A stretch of DNA of 52,955 nucleotides from a virus (lineage: Duplodnaviria > Caudoviricetes): the IMG/VR virus record IMGVR_UViG_3300050166_000081, positions 1 through 52,955 of that record; one strand, 5' to 3'. The translations under genes and the position numbers were made by a program. Below the pieces are notes generated by a model that ran no database searches, was not told the origin of the DNA, and worked only from the letters and a program-made list of their open reading frames with translations. Positions 25,550 through 36,200 of the stretch are shown here, in pieces; position 1 is the stretch's first letter; every line of letters begins with the position of its first letter.

Positions 25550-26965
25550 ATGGAATTATTAGAATTACTAAAAACGGACCCGTCATCAGCTATAAATAAA
25601 ATTAAAGCTCAGACAAAAGACATTAAAAAAATCGATGACTATATCAAAGAATACAAAGACTTTGACAGAAAGCAAAGAGAAGGTCAAATTGAAAAAATTC
25701 AAATTGATAAAGCATTAGGTGACGGCAAGATGTCGAAAATGGTAAAAATATATTTAAACCACGCTCAAAACATTGTTGAAACTTTGGCGGCTTTTGTTAT
25801 TGGAAACCCAGTCACTTTAATTCCTTCTGAAAACAATGACTTAGCTAAGTTGGTGAAACAAATTTGGCGTGTAAACAGAATGGATTCTAAATTATTAGAA
25901 GCTACTATTTTAAAGTTTTCTCAAACCCAAGTAGCGGTTCAGTTCTATATTGAGGACAGTGGAAAAACATCTTTGCTAAATAAAGTATTGGCATTTCTTG
26001 GTATGAAAACACAAGCTAAGGAAATAAAAGCGAAAGTACTTGACAACACAAAAGGAATTATGACGCCTTATTTTGATGTAAGCGGAGACATGATAGCGTT
26101 TATGTGGGAGTACAAATCTAGTGAGGATGGGAAAGACCTTAGCAACGTCCAAATTTGGGACCAAAACAATTACTACTATTTAAACAATAAAGACGGAGGA
26201 TTTATACTTCAATCAAATCCAATTCCTCACGGTTTTGATAGAATACCAGTAGTGTATGATTATCAAAATGAACCACAATGGTATACTGTTAGATCCGCAG
26301 TTGATAGACATGAAGTTGCTTTGTCAAAACTTGGTGATGCAAATGATTATTCTGGACACCCTATATTATTAACTTATGGTGAGGTTAAGACTATGCCTTT
26401 GAAAGAAGAAAGTGGTAAGCATTTTAATATTCCAATAACTATCGATGATGAGGGAAAAGAGGTAAAAGGAGATGTGAAATTTTTGGAGTCCACAACAGCA
26501 CCAGAAAGTAATAAGTTAGAATTAGACAAGTTGGAAGATGCAATTGCATACGGTTCTGGAGTGCCTAATTTATCATTAGATAAGTTAAAATCATTAGGGA
26601 ATGTTGCTGAAAAAACGGTTAAATTAATGTTTTTGGCTACAAATGTAAAGGCTTCTTTAAAGCAATTGGAAACAAAAACCTTCATCGAAAGATGTTTGAA
26701 CATCATTATATCAGGAATAACTCAAACAACCAATACTGCATTTTCAAAAGAAGGATCTGCTTTATATTATGATATTCAATTTAATTCAATTTTACCGTCG
26801 GATATAAAAGAAACAGTTGATGTACTTACTTCGGCTGTTCAAAGTAAAATCATAAGTCGTAAAACATCTGTTGGAATTTTGGATTTGGTCGAAGATGTTG
26901 ATGCAGAATTGAAATTAATAGAAGAAGAAAGCCCAGTACAACCAATTACTACATCAGCTCTATAA
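25550..26965 (+). CDS. Portal protein (SPP1 gp6-like)
   Basis: PHGFDRIPVVY, DANDYSGHPIL, KLMFL, FNSILPSD; follows TerL. Confidence 0.92.
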   Translation: MELLELLKTDPSSAINKIKAQTKDIKKIDDYIKEYKDFDRKQREGQIEKIQIDKALGDGKMSKMVKIYLNHAQNIVETLAAFVIGNPVTLIPSENNDLAKLVKQIWRVNRMDSKLLEATILKFSQTQVAVQFYIEDSGKTSLLNKVLAFLGMKTQAKEIKAKVLDNTKGIMTPYFDVSGDMIAFMWEYKSSEDGKDLSNVQIWDQNNYYYLNNKDGGFILQSNPIPHGFDRIPVVYDYQNEPQWYTVRSAVDRHEVALSKLGDANDYSGHPILLTYGEVKTMPLKEESGKHFNIPITIDDEGKEVKGDVKFLESTTAPESNKLELDKLEDAIAYGSGVPNLSLDKLKSLGNVAEKTVKLMFLATNVKASLKQLETKTFIERCLNIIISGITQTTNTAFSKEGSALYYDIQFNSILPSDIKETVDVLTSAVQSKIISRKTSVGILDLVEDVDAELKLIEEESPVQPITTSAL

Positions 26966-27172
26966 TTGAAACAGCCTATCGCAAATAGTGATCAAATAAT
27001 TGAAGTAATAGCAACAAAAAACGACAAGCATTACATTCAATATATGACTATTTCGGAATGGGATAGTTTCAATAAACAAAAAAGAAAAGCAGGTTACAAT
27101 TATAAAGCATTTCAAAAAGGATATTCACAATTTAAACTAGAAACAATAATAGATCATGAACTTAGAAATTAA
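26966..27172 (+). CDS. Hypothetical protein
   Basis: In-operon ORF. Confidence 0.55.
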   Translation: MKQPIANSDQIIEVIATKNDKHYIQYMTISEWDSFNKQKRKAGYNYKAFQKGYSQFKLETIIDHELRN

Positions 27173-27431
27173 AGGTAAAGTTTACTTCAAAGGAGAAGTT
27201 GAACTGATTGGAGCTAACCAACTTAAAAAACAAATTTTAGTAGTTGAAACTAACGAGGAATACCCTCAAAAGGTTCCTGTAGAATTTATGAAAGACAAAG
27301 TTGACTTGTTAAACAATCTATCAGTAGGCCATGATGTAAGTCTCAATGTCAATATTCGGGGAAATGAATATACAGATAGAAATGGACAAACTAGATTTGG
27401 TTTGTGTTTTCAAGGCTGGAAATTAAATTAG
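27156..27431 (+). CDS. DUF3127-like OB-fold protein
   Basis: KKQILVVET.EEYPQK...DKVDLL...NIRGNEY...QGWK. Confidence 0.8.
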   Translation: MNLEIKGKVYFKGEVELIGANQLKKQILVVETNEEYPQKVPVEFMKDKVDLLNNLSVGHDVSLNVNIRGNEYTDRNGQTRFGLCFQGWKLN

Positions 27432-27433
27432 AT

Positions 27434-27465
27434 AAAAAACCGCTGCAAATAGTAGCGGTTTTTTT
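27434..27465 (+). terminator. Rho-independent terminator
   Basis: AAAAAACCGCTGC/GTAGCGGTTTTTT. Confidence 0.85.
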
Positions 27466-27477
27466 ATGTAAAAAAAA

Positions 27478-27521
27478 TTATTTAGAATAAATCTAAATAG
27501 AACATATTTTGTTACATTTGT
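27478..27521 (+). promoter_or_regulatory. Head-operon promoter: Fur-like palindrome + AACATATTTTGTT + TACATTTG
   Basis: 42/44 identical to 41623-41666. Confidence 0.8.
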
Positions 27522-27555
27522 AATCTAATAATCAACAATTTAAAACATTGAAACT

Positions 27556-28227
27556 ATGGCAGTAGAAAAAGCAAAAGTGATCGCTAGACTTAAAGCATTA
27601 TTTCCTAAGGCTAATCTATCACAAACAAGGTTAGACGCAATCGCGGATAAACTGGCTAAAAAACCAGCTGATGATGCTGATGAAGCAGCTATTGATGCAG
27701 TGATTAACGATTTCAACGATATTTTAAGTATCGAAGATATTGCAAAAGGGGACGATAGAACTCGCACTCTTGAGGCAGAAAAAAAGAAAGCGGAAGAACT
27801 TGCAGCAAAGAAAAAAGGTAATTCATCTAAAGATGATGAAGAAGAGGAAGAAGCTATTGAAGTAGATAAAGATGCTCCAGCTTGGGCTAAAGCACTTTTG
27901 AAACAAAACGAAAAACTTACTTCTGATTTAGAGGCTTTAAAATCAGGCAATATCAAGCAAACTAAGTTAGAACAAGCAAAATCATTACTTGAAAAATCGG
28001 AAGTTTTCAAAAAACTTGATGAAGGAACAAAAGGGTTTATGCTTAAAAATGTTGAACTAGATTCTGAAACGCCATTTGAAGAGCAAATAACAAGCTTGGA
28101 AGGTGTATTTTCAAAAATGGTTCAGGTTTCTGCTGATGCAAATCAATATGGACCTGGTGCTGGGCAAGGTGCTCCAGCTGGTGCAGTTGATGAAAAATTA
28201 GTGGGTGACATTGTTGAGAGTATGTAA
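27556..28227 (+). CDS. Capsid scaffolding protein (putative)
   Basis: Charged helical protein with PAWAK motif; precedes the capsid genes. Confidence 0.75.
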   Translation: MAVEKAKVIARLKALFPKANLSQTRLDAIADKLAKKPADDADEAAIDAVINDFNDILSIEDIAKGDDRTRTLEAEKKKAEELAAKKKGNSSKDDEEEEEAIEVDKDAPAWAKALLKQNEKLTSDLEALKSGNIKQTKLEQAKSLLEKSEVFKKLDEGTKGFMLKNVELDSETPFEEQITSLEGVFSKMVQVSADANQYGPGAGQGAPAGAVDEKLVGDIVESM

Positions 28228-28257
28228 TTAATTATTAACAAAAACACATTAGAAATT

Positions 28258-28659
28258 ATGTCGAACACAAAGGGCGATCTAACTAATACACCTATTCAAG
28301 TTGATACAACTTTGGATTGTATTGTTATCAAAAAAGTAGACCATGATATTCCAGGAGGTAAAACATTGGATGTTACAGGTGTTACTGAAGAAGTATTAAA
28401 AGCTGGTAGAGTTATCATTGTTGAGGATGCAACAGGAGTTTACAAGCCATTAGCTATTTCAAATGGAGCTTATGGAAGTTTACCTTCAGGTCATACTTAC
28501 AAAGGAATTTTAACTGCTACTATTCTAACTAAAAGACCATTTGCGTCTGTTATGTTAGCAGGAGATGTTAATCAAGGAGCAGTAATCAATTATGGTTTGC
28601 CTGCAATTCCTTCTGGAGCAAAAACTGCATTATCACAAATTTTATTCACTCAAGATTAA
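28258..28659 (+). CDS. Head decoration protein (putative)
   Basis: IPGGKTLDVTG...LKAGRVII; lies between scaffold and major capsid genes. Confidence 0.7.
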   Translation: MSNTKGDLTNTPIQVDTTLDCIVIKKVDHDIPGGKTLDVTGVTEEVLKAGRVIIVEDATGVYKPLAISNGAYGSLPSGHTYKGILTATILTKRPFASVMLAGDVNQGAVINYGLPAIPSGAKTALSQILFTQD

Positions 28660-28669
28660 TTATTGAATT

Positions 28670-29956
28670 ATGGAAAAATCATTATTCCCGCAATGGGTGG
28701 ATAAATATTTCAAATTATTTGCCCAAAAAATTATTGAAAAACTTAATGGAACCACAAACCCATTAACGTATCTTCATAGATCTATGTTGAAAAAAGAATA
28801 TTCACCAACACTTCGTTGGGGTTCTTTATCTTCAGCAAATACTGTTGTATCTGCTGATGTAGTAGCAATGGATTCTAGCTTGCCATTGAAAAAAAGAGAT
28901 TCTATTAAAAAAGCAGATGGTGAGATTCCAAAAATCGGAATGAAATTGGCTTTGAACGAAACTACTATGAATGAATTAAACATTCTTTTAGCTGTTGGAG
29001 GTCAAGATTCAGAAGTTTTAAGAAAGCTTTTTGCTGACACCAGTAAAGCCGTATCAGGTGTTTGGGAGCGTCTTGAATTTATGTTTCATCAAGCTTTATC
29101 TACAGGTATGATTTTAGTTGCTGATGATGATAACCCTGGTCTTGGAATCAGAGTAAACTTCAATCATCCAGCATCTAACAAATTTGGAGTCTCAAAAGGA
29201 TGGTCGGATTCGGATGCTAAGCCAATTGATGATATAGATAGAGTTATTGAAGCTGCTCGTCCAGCTGGTAATACAATCAGATATGTCTTAATAGATAAAG
29301 CTACTTGGAATAAGTTTAAGGTTAATCAACAAGTACGTGAGCAATATGCTTTCTATCGTGATTTTGTTGGTTCAAATATTCCGCCGGTACAATCTGTTGA
29401 AAAAGCAAATGAGTTCTTACAGTCTGCTTACGGAATTACAATTCAAGTTGTAGACAGACACGTTTTGGTTGAAAAAGACGGAAAACAAAAACCTGTTAAG
29501 CCTTGGGCTGATAATGCAGTTGTTTTCTTAACCGACTTAAATGTAGGTTCTTTAACTTACGGAAGATTAGCTGAAGAAACTTTCCCTGACAAAGCTGTTG
29601 ACTACCAAAAAGTAGATGACTTTATTTTAGTTTCTAAATACCATAAAAACGATCCTATTAAAGAGTTTACTTCTTCTCAAGCAATTGTATTGCCTGTAAT
29701 AAATAACATTGACAACATCTATATTTTAGATTGTGAAGAAGCAACTGCTTCTAAAGATGTTCAAGTTGAAGGAAATACAACTTACTTGTATGAAGGAGTT
29801 AACTATACAAAAGCTTCTGTAATTACAGCAATTAATATTGCTCTTGAATCTAACAAAGCTAAATCAAATAATACCGATGCTAAATTAGCCCAGTATATTG
29901 ATGAGCTTTCTGAAGAGCAAGTATTAGTCTTTAAAGCTAATATCGTTGCTGCCTAA
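28670..29956 (+). CDS. Major capsid protein (lambda E-like) with C-terminal extension
   Basis: ADVVAMDSSLPLKKR, GEIPKIG, W...DAKPIDDI; size and position. Confidence 0.88.
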   Translation: MEKSLFPQWVDKYFKLFAQKIIEKLNGTTNPLTYLHRSMLKKEYSPTLRWGSLSSANTVVSADVVAMDSSLPLKKRDSIKKADGEIPKIGMKLALNETTMNELNILLAVGGQDSEVLRKLFADTSKAVSGVWERLEFMFHQALSTGMILVADDDNPGLGIRVNFNHPASNKFGVSKGWSDSDAKPIDDIDRVIEAARPAGNTIRYVLIDKATWNKFKVNQQVREQYAFYRDFVGSNIPPVQSVEKANEFLQSAYGITIQVVDRHVLVEKDGKQKPVKPWADNAVVFLTDLNVGSLTYGRLAEETFPDKAVDYQKVDDFILVSKYHKNDPIKEFTSSQAIVLPVINNIDNIYILDCEEATASKDVQVEGNTTYLYEGVNYTKASVITAINIALESNKAKSNNTDAKLAQYIDELSEEQVLVFKANIVAA

Positions 29957-30537
29957 TGTATAGTAATGAATCCATATTGGCTTTAGAAACTAGAATTGGT
30001 TGGGAAAAGCCGTTAAATAGTCAATTCGGTATTGAATTATCAGAAGAGAATTTAACGGCTAATTCTGGTCGAAAAGTCAATATGTTTCACCAACTAGTTA
30101 CGGTTGAGAATGTTTATTCTGCAGTATCTGAAATAGATATGGAACTCGTTAAATTCAACGAGTTCCTTTCTTCTATTAGGAAACAATGCGCAAAAGAGGT
30201 AGTTACTAATATTATCGATAAAAGTGAATTGTATAATGCTTCTATAGATTATTCTCAAACAATTTTAGATAAAAAAGCTTTGTTTGATGATGCCATTGGT
30301 TATTGTGTCGCTATTAAAATGTTAGAGCTGTTCATTTCATCTAGTAGAAGTAATCTTCAAGAAAGAAATGCTAAACTATCTTTTCAATCGCTTAAGCTAG
30401 AACTCGAAGGAGTTAAAAACGACAATGGAATTGTAATGGCGCAAGGGATTCAAAGTAAGTATGAAATAGCAATAAAAACTGCTAAAAAAATAATTTTTCC
30501 AAAATCTATTTCGGTTCAATCTGGTAACTCTTGGTAG
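29956..30537 (+). CDS. Head-tail connector (putative)
   Basis: Position after the capsid gene, TAATG coupling. Confidence 0.6.
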   Translation: MYSNESILALETRIGWEKPLNSQFGIELSEENLTANSGRKVNMFHQLVTVENVYSAVSEIDMELVKFNEFLSSIRKQCAKEVVTNIIDKSELYNASIDYSQTILDKKALFDDAIGYCVAIKMLELFISSSRSNLQERNAKLSFQSLKLELEGVKNDNGIVMAQGIQSKYEIAIKTAKKIIFPKSISVQSGNSW

Positions 30538-30538
30538 T

Positions 30539-31075
30539 ATGAATTATAATCAATATCCATCAAAAGGAATAGACAATAAAATTAAGATCATCCAAAATAT
30601 TTTGGCAACTAATCTATGTTTAAAAGACGTCAATTATTATGGGCGTGTAATTAAGTCAATTTCAAAAGATGGAAAATCATTAATTCCAGAGGTATATACT
30701 TCTAATTCAGAAAGAAAAGAAGTGTATTATGATGACATTACTGCAGCTGGTGGAAATGTTTTTTTCATCGAATCAGATGACGAGCACAAAACAAAAGATG
30801 GAAAATTATTTACAGCAAAAATTAAAATTGTTTTCATGCTGAACTTGGAAAAACAAATACCAGGGAAATCATATCGAGTGGATTCAGAGATTCATGACAA
30901 GTGCATGAAACTAATACAAAAATCTAAAGCAATTGAGATTACAGGCTTAGAAAAAGGGATTAAAAACGTGTTTAAAGATTTTGATACCACACGTATCAAA
31001 TTGAGCGATACCAGTCCCTATCACATATTCTCAATTAATGGGGATTTGAAATATCAATTTAATTGTAACCAATAA
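30539..31075 (+). CDS. Neck/tail completion protein (putative)
   Basis: Synteny. Confidence 0.55.
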   Translation: MNYNQYPSKGIDNKIKIIQNILATNLCLKDVNYYGRVIKSISKDGKSLIPEVYTSNSERKEVYYDDITAAGGNVFFIESDDEHKTKDGKLFTAKIKIVFMLNLEKQIPGKSYRVDSEIHDKCMKLIQKSKAIEITGLEKGIKNVFKDFDTTRIKLSDTSPYHIFSINGDLKYQFNCNQ

Positions 31076-31086
31076 AAAAATACACT

Positions 31087-31956
31087 ATGAGTTTAATTGT
31101 AGAGTGCTCAAAAGACGAGACAAAAAACAAAAATACAGGCGCAAATGAGCAATGCCTTGAAGGAATGGTAATTCGCCATGCCTTAGCAATCGATGCGCAA
31201 GAATTCTCCACAGCAGCTGATGCAAAGTCATTAGCAAAATGGAAAGAACAAGTTAATCTAAAACAGATCATTCCTCTTTTTGAAATTGAAGAATTAGCTG
31301 CTGCCGATACAGAGGATACCTATTTTGAAGGTCGTGTAAAAAAATACCGCACCGCTACAGGTAAAAAAGTAAGAACATTCAATTGTTTCTTAGGCCTTTG
31401 TTCTCATAATGCTTTGAAATCATATTCAGGTAGAGAAATGAGAATTTATGAGTTTACAGAAACTCAAGAAATCAAAGGAGTTACTCCAGATGGAGTTAAA
31501 GTGAAAGGTCAGTTAGTAACTATTGAAGTTGGAAAACGTGTTGATGCAATGAAAGACAAACCAGCGCATACACCAGTTACTTTAACTTATTCTGATTACA
31601 ACGATTTTGAAGACAATGGAGTTGTATTGAAACCTACTTGGAGCCATCTTGAAGTACAAGGAATTTTTGATGTTGATATTACTTTAGTTAGCGCAAGCGC
31701 TACTTCGATTAAATTCAAAGTAGATGCTGGATGTGCTGGAGAAGTTGTGAAATCATTGACTGATTCAGATATTACCTTGAAAACAGCTTTAGGAGCACCG
31801 GTTACACATACGTTTGTTCCTGCCGATTCAAGCGGAGTTTATCAATTAACAGGTACTGGCTTTGCAAATGGATTAATCTTAGGATTAAATGGCGTGGTAG
31901 CTCAAACCGAAGCCTCTTACGAAGCAGTCGATACGTTAGTAATTTCAGGTATCTAA
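31087..31956 (+). CDS. Major tail tube protein (putative)
   Basis: Beta-rich 289 aa with Ig-like C-terminus; synteny. Confidence 0.7.
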   Translation: MSLIVECSKDETKNKNTGANEQCLEGMVIRHALAIDAQEFSTAADAKSLAKWKEQVNLKQIIPLFEIEELAAADTEDTYFEGRVKKYRTATGKKVRTFNCFLGLCSHNALKSYSGREMRIYEFTETQEIKGVTPDGVKVKGQLVTIEVGKRVDAMKDKPAHTPVTLTYSDYNDFEDNGVVLKPTWSHLEVQGIFDVDITLVSASATSIKFKVDAGCAGEVVKSLTDSDITLKTALGAPVTHTFVPADSSGVYQLTGTGFANGLILGLNGVVAQTEASYEAVDTLVISGI

Positions 31957-31957
31957 T

Positions 31958-32170
31958 ATGCCTAGACTTAAATACAAGGGTATTGCATTTGAGCCAAATT
32001 ATTCAAGAACTTTTGAGCAGTTCAGAGCAGAATTTGAAAATGTTTGGATTTTTGCGCAAATGCCAGAAAAAGAACGCTTATCAGAACTAAAAAAAGCTTT
32101 TAAAATTGCAACAACAAAAAATGTTAGCGATATAGAAGTTAAAGGTATTGAAGTAGTTAAAGCAAAGTAA
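31958..32170 (+). CDS. Hypothetical tail-region protein
   Basis: In-operon ORF. Confidence 0.6.
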   Translation: MPRLKYKGIAFEPNYSRTFEQFRAEFENVWIFAQMPEKERLSELKKAFKIATTKNVSDIEVKGIEVVKAK

Positions 32171-32190
32171 AAATTAAATTTTATTGTAGA

Positions 32191-32228
32191 AGAGGTCGCA
32201 GGGAAATTTTCCTTGGCGACCTCTTTTT
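32191..32228 (+). terminator. Terminator after the tail tube genes
   Basis: AGAGGTCGC/GCGACCTCT stem plus T-run. Confidence 0.75.
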
Positions 32229-32239
32229 GTTTAAAAATT

Positions 32240-32689
32240 ATGGCATCATTCAATCAACAATTACAAAAAGCAATAGCTATTCAGCCAGAAAAACTATCAA
32301 ATGAATTATTCCAATTCATTAAGTCTTTAAGTGCTTACATGGTTGAAATGAATAAAAAACAGATAAATGAGAATAGCAAGGATATTTATGGAAAGGCTAT
32401 TGGTTTCTATTCCAAAGCAACAGAAATAATTACTAATGGGGCAAAAGGAGCTGGCGAACCATTCACGGGTAAAGATACTGGCAACTGGCTTAATAGTTTT
32501 TATGTAACAGTACAGGATAACACCTTTTATTTTGGTTCTACGGACCCAAAGACAGATGATATTTTAAATTCTCCACATTGGCTTTCTTCAAGTCTTTTTG
32601 GATTGACAGACGAGAATTTAAACCTTTTGATTGAAACAAAATTAAAACCATTTGTATTGGATTATTACAGACAAAAATTAGACCTATGA
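32240..32689 (+). CDS. Virion morphogenesis/neck protein (putative)
   Basis: G.YS..T...KDTG.W..SF...FGLTDEN motif; ATG 32240. Confidence 0.65.
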   Translation: MASFNQQLQKAIAIQPEKLSNELFQFIKSLSAYMVEMNKKQINENSKDIYGKAIGFYSKATEIITNGAKGAGEPFTGKDTGNWLNSFYVTVQDNTFYFGSTDPKTDDILNSPHWLSSSLFGLTDENLNLLIETKLKPFVLDYYRQKLDL

Positions 32690-33270
32690 TTTATAAAACA
32701 CTACGAACACTCCCAATGGTAACTCTAATCGAAATAATCGAGACAGGGGATATTTCATTGTTGTCAGACGAAAGTATTCCAATTGAAGAACTGGTTGAAT
32801 TATGGGAAATAATTTTTGAAGACTATAAAAACAGATTTGATTCAGATAATACCAGAAAAATATTTAATCTCTCAAAAGAGATTGAATATTTAGAACAAAA
32901 ATATTTGATAATTAAAATGTCAATAGAGGCTTTAAAATTTGAAGTTAATGACGATTTAATCCAAATATTAAATGACTATGGGTATTCATTTGACAAAAGT
33001 AAATACTTCAAAGAACTAGAAAAGATAGATCGCGAATCAAAAGGAATTGAACAAAAAATATCCCTTTTCAAGTCACAACTTCCACAACAAAGCGAAGAAA
33101 AAAAAGACCAAAAACAGAGCAATTCAATTATTAACATAATGGCTGGATATGCTGCTATTTTAGGGTTTGACTTTGATTTTTATAGTATTTCTGTTGAGAA
33201 GTACTATTCATTAGAAAATCAAGTGAAAAGTAAAATAACAGCTATTGAAAAGCAAAATTCAAAAAAATAG
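32686..33270 (+). CDS. Tail assembly chaperone-like protein (putative)
   Basis: Immediately upstream of the tape measure gene. Confidence 0.55.
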   Translation: MIYKTLRTLPMVTLIEIIETGDISLLSDESIPIEELVELWEIIFEDYKNRFDSDNTRKIFNLSKEIEYLEQKYLIIKMSIEALKFEVNDDLIQILNDYGYSFDKSKYFKELEKIDRESKGIEQKISLFKSQLPQQSEEKKDQKQSNSIINIMAGYAAILGFDFDFYSISVEKYYSLENQVKSKITAIEKQNSKK

Positions 33271-33275
33271 TAGCT

Positions 33276-36200
33276 ATGGCCGAAGGAACAATCACGCGCA
33301 AAGATGTAATATCAGATGACACCCTAAATTGGGGTGCCGAATATGCAAAAACAGTTGATGCTGCAATTGGAAAGAACAAGGAATTTGTAACAGCTATTGT
33401 ATCTCTTGCAGATGCTAATAACAAATTGCGTGGCTCATTCAATGCAGCTGATTTTGCAGAAAATCAAAAAAAAATAAATTCAGCCAATAATGAAGCAATT
33501 GGTATTTGGAAGGAGCAAATTCAATTAGAAAACTCTTTAGTTTCTACTAAAAAGAAAATAGAATTGGCATCTGAAGGAACTAATAGAGCTTTAGTTAAGG
33601 AGCGCCTAGAGCTCGCATTAATAAATAAAGAAGTAAAGCAAGAACAATTAGAACGCCTAGGTTTAGTTTCTGCTTACACTAAGTTAAATAATGCTAGAAC
33701 AGAAGCCAAAAATAAACTTCGTGATTTAATTGCTTCTGAACAGGCTTCAACAGCTGAAATTAAAAAAGCTTCTGTAGAATTTGAAAAATTAGATAGTAAA
33801 GTAAAAAAAGCAGATCAGGCAGTAGGTGATTTTTCTAAAAACGTTGGTAATTATCCATTATCTAATATAGCTAGTGGACTAAAAAATCTTATATCTGCTT
33901 TTGGAGTTACTGGAGGAATTGTAGCTTTTGCAAGTGCAATGAAAGGAGCGTATGAAATAGTTAATACTTTTGAACAAGGTGTAGCTGATTTAAGTGCGAT
34001 AACAGGTGCTACAGGTAAAGATTTAGAATATTTAAAAAATCAGGCAATTGAATTAGGTCAAGAAACAAAAGGTGGAGCTTCAGCAGTTGTAGAAGCTTAT
34101 AAATTGATAGCATCCGCAAAACCTGAATTGCTAAATAATGTTCAAGCTTTAAATCAAGTAACAGAGGCAACATTATTATTGGCAAAAGCAGCAAATATGG
34201 AAATGCCTGCAGCTGCAACAGCACTTACAGATGCTATGAACCAGTTTGGAGCAGGTGCAGAAGAAGCTCAATATTATGTTGATGCATTAGCGAATGGAGC
34301 TAAATATGGTAGTGCTGAAATACCTCAATTAACAGAAGCTGTTTTGAAATTTGGTGCAGTTTCAAAAAGTAGCAATATTAATATCAAAGAAAGTGTTGCT
34401 TTGGTAGAATTATTAGCCGAGAATGGATTGAAAGGCGCTGATGCTGGAACAGCAATAAGAAACGTATTACTTAAAATATCAGCTCCTGATGCTCTACCAA
34501 GAAGAGCAAGAGAAGAAATGGAAAGATTAGGTATTTCTTTTGATATGCTTAAAGATAAAACTATTCCAATTGCAGATAAACTTGAAAATTTAAAACCTTT
34601 ATTAAAAGATAATGCATCAATTGTAAAAATATTTGGTTTAGAAAATGCAACTGCAGCTATTAATATTTTATCTCATACAGATAGGTTAAAAGATTTAACT
34701 TCTAAAATGGGAGAATATGGCACAGCAAATGAACAAGCTCGTGTTAGAATGGATACAGTACAAAATAAAACAGGATTAATGAAGTCAACTTATGATAGTT
34801 TGATTTTATCAATTGGTACTGGAAAAGGTGTTATTTCTGATTTTTTTGGTACAATGATAGATGGTATCACAGGAGGCCTTAAAGATCTAATACGATTAAA
34901 TACTTCATGGGATGAATTAAATTTAAAAGCAAAAGGACAAGGGCAAAAATCAGGAGTTAAAATGTTTTCTGAACAATTTCAAAATTTGCAAGGTACTGGT
35001 TCTGATGCCGATATAGCAAAATCAATTAAAACTGTTGCAGAAAGAGACTACAAGGTTTTGCAAGGGGCTTATAAGAAAAACGAAAAAGCAATCAAAGAAT
35101 TTAATCCTTATGCTTTACAAAATCCACTTGGAAAAAGTGGTAAGGATTTAAAACTTGAAAAAGAGAGATTAATAAAAGATATTAATGAGAAAGCCCAAAT
35201 TATAAGAGAAGCAAATAAAAAAATATCCCCAACTATAAAAAAACCTGATAGTCCAGTAATCCCAACAGGTAGTACAGAGGAAGATAAAGATGCTGAAAAA
35301 AGAAGAAAAGCAGAAGCTAAAGCATTAAAAGAAAAATTAGAAAGAGAAAAAAAGGCATCAGATGACCTTTACAATTTAGAAAAACAAAGACTTGATAGAA
35401 GTATTCAATTAAATAATGAAGTTGCTAAAGACGATAAAGAAGCCGACGATGTTAGAATAGCTGCTTTAGAACAAAGCCAATCAAAACAGATTGAACTTGC
35501 TAATTTGAGCAAACAACATTCATTAGACGCTGATAAATTTGTGCTAGAAAAAGATAAGTTAAATGTAAGTGAGCGTACTAGAATTAAAGAAGAAGCAGCA
35601 AACAAAATCGTTGATATTGAAAAGAAAACAGCTGAAGAAATTGATAAAATAAATCAATTTGATCCTAAGGTTTACGAAGCTAATTTAAAAGAAGGAGTTT
35701 CAAAGCTAGAAATAGCTATGAATGAAGAATTAGCAGCAGAGGAAGAAAAATTCAAAGCATTAGGTGATTTGTCAAAGTTAAATGATAGTGCAAAAGAAAA
35801 AGCTACTAAAGATCATGAGCAGAAAATTTTTGATATTAAAAAAGAATTCGCAATTGCTACAGCTAAACTTCAGATAGCCAATTTAGAAGCTGAATTATCT
35901 GCATTCAAATTACAATCAGATGGATCTAAAGAATCAAATGCTATTATTTTAGAAACTGAAAAAAAGATTTCAGATGCAAAACTAAAATTAAAACAAACTG
36001 AGGTAGATACGTTTGATAAAGGAGAAAAGAAAAAAGTATTATCAGCGAAGGAACAGGCTACTTTGATTCTTGAGATTTCTTCTGATATGACTGGCGCATT
36101 GACTGATTTAGCTGGGGCATTTTTTGAAGCAAAAATTCAACAAATAGATGATGAAATTACTAAAAATAATGAGTACTACGATAAACAACTAGAACTAGCC

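Noticed and set aside
27540-28010. Antisense and alternate-frame ORFs (e.g. 27540, 44199, 24439, 26374, 36215, 544, 1658)
   Set aside because: Shadows of well-supported genes on the other strand or frame
31958-33275. Programmed tail-chaperone frameshift
   Set aside because: A-runs are common here and no downstream open frame needs a shift
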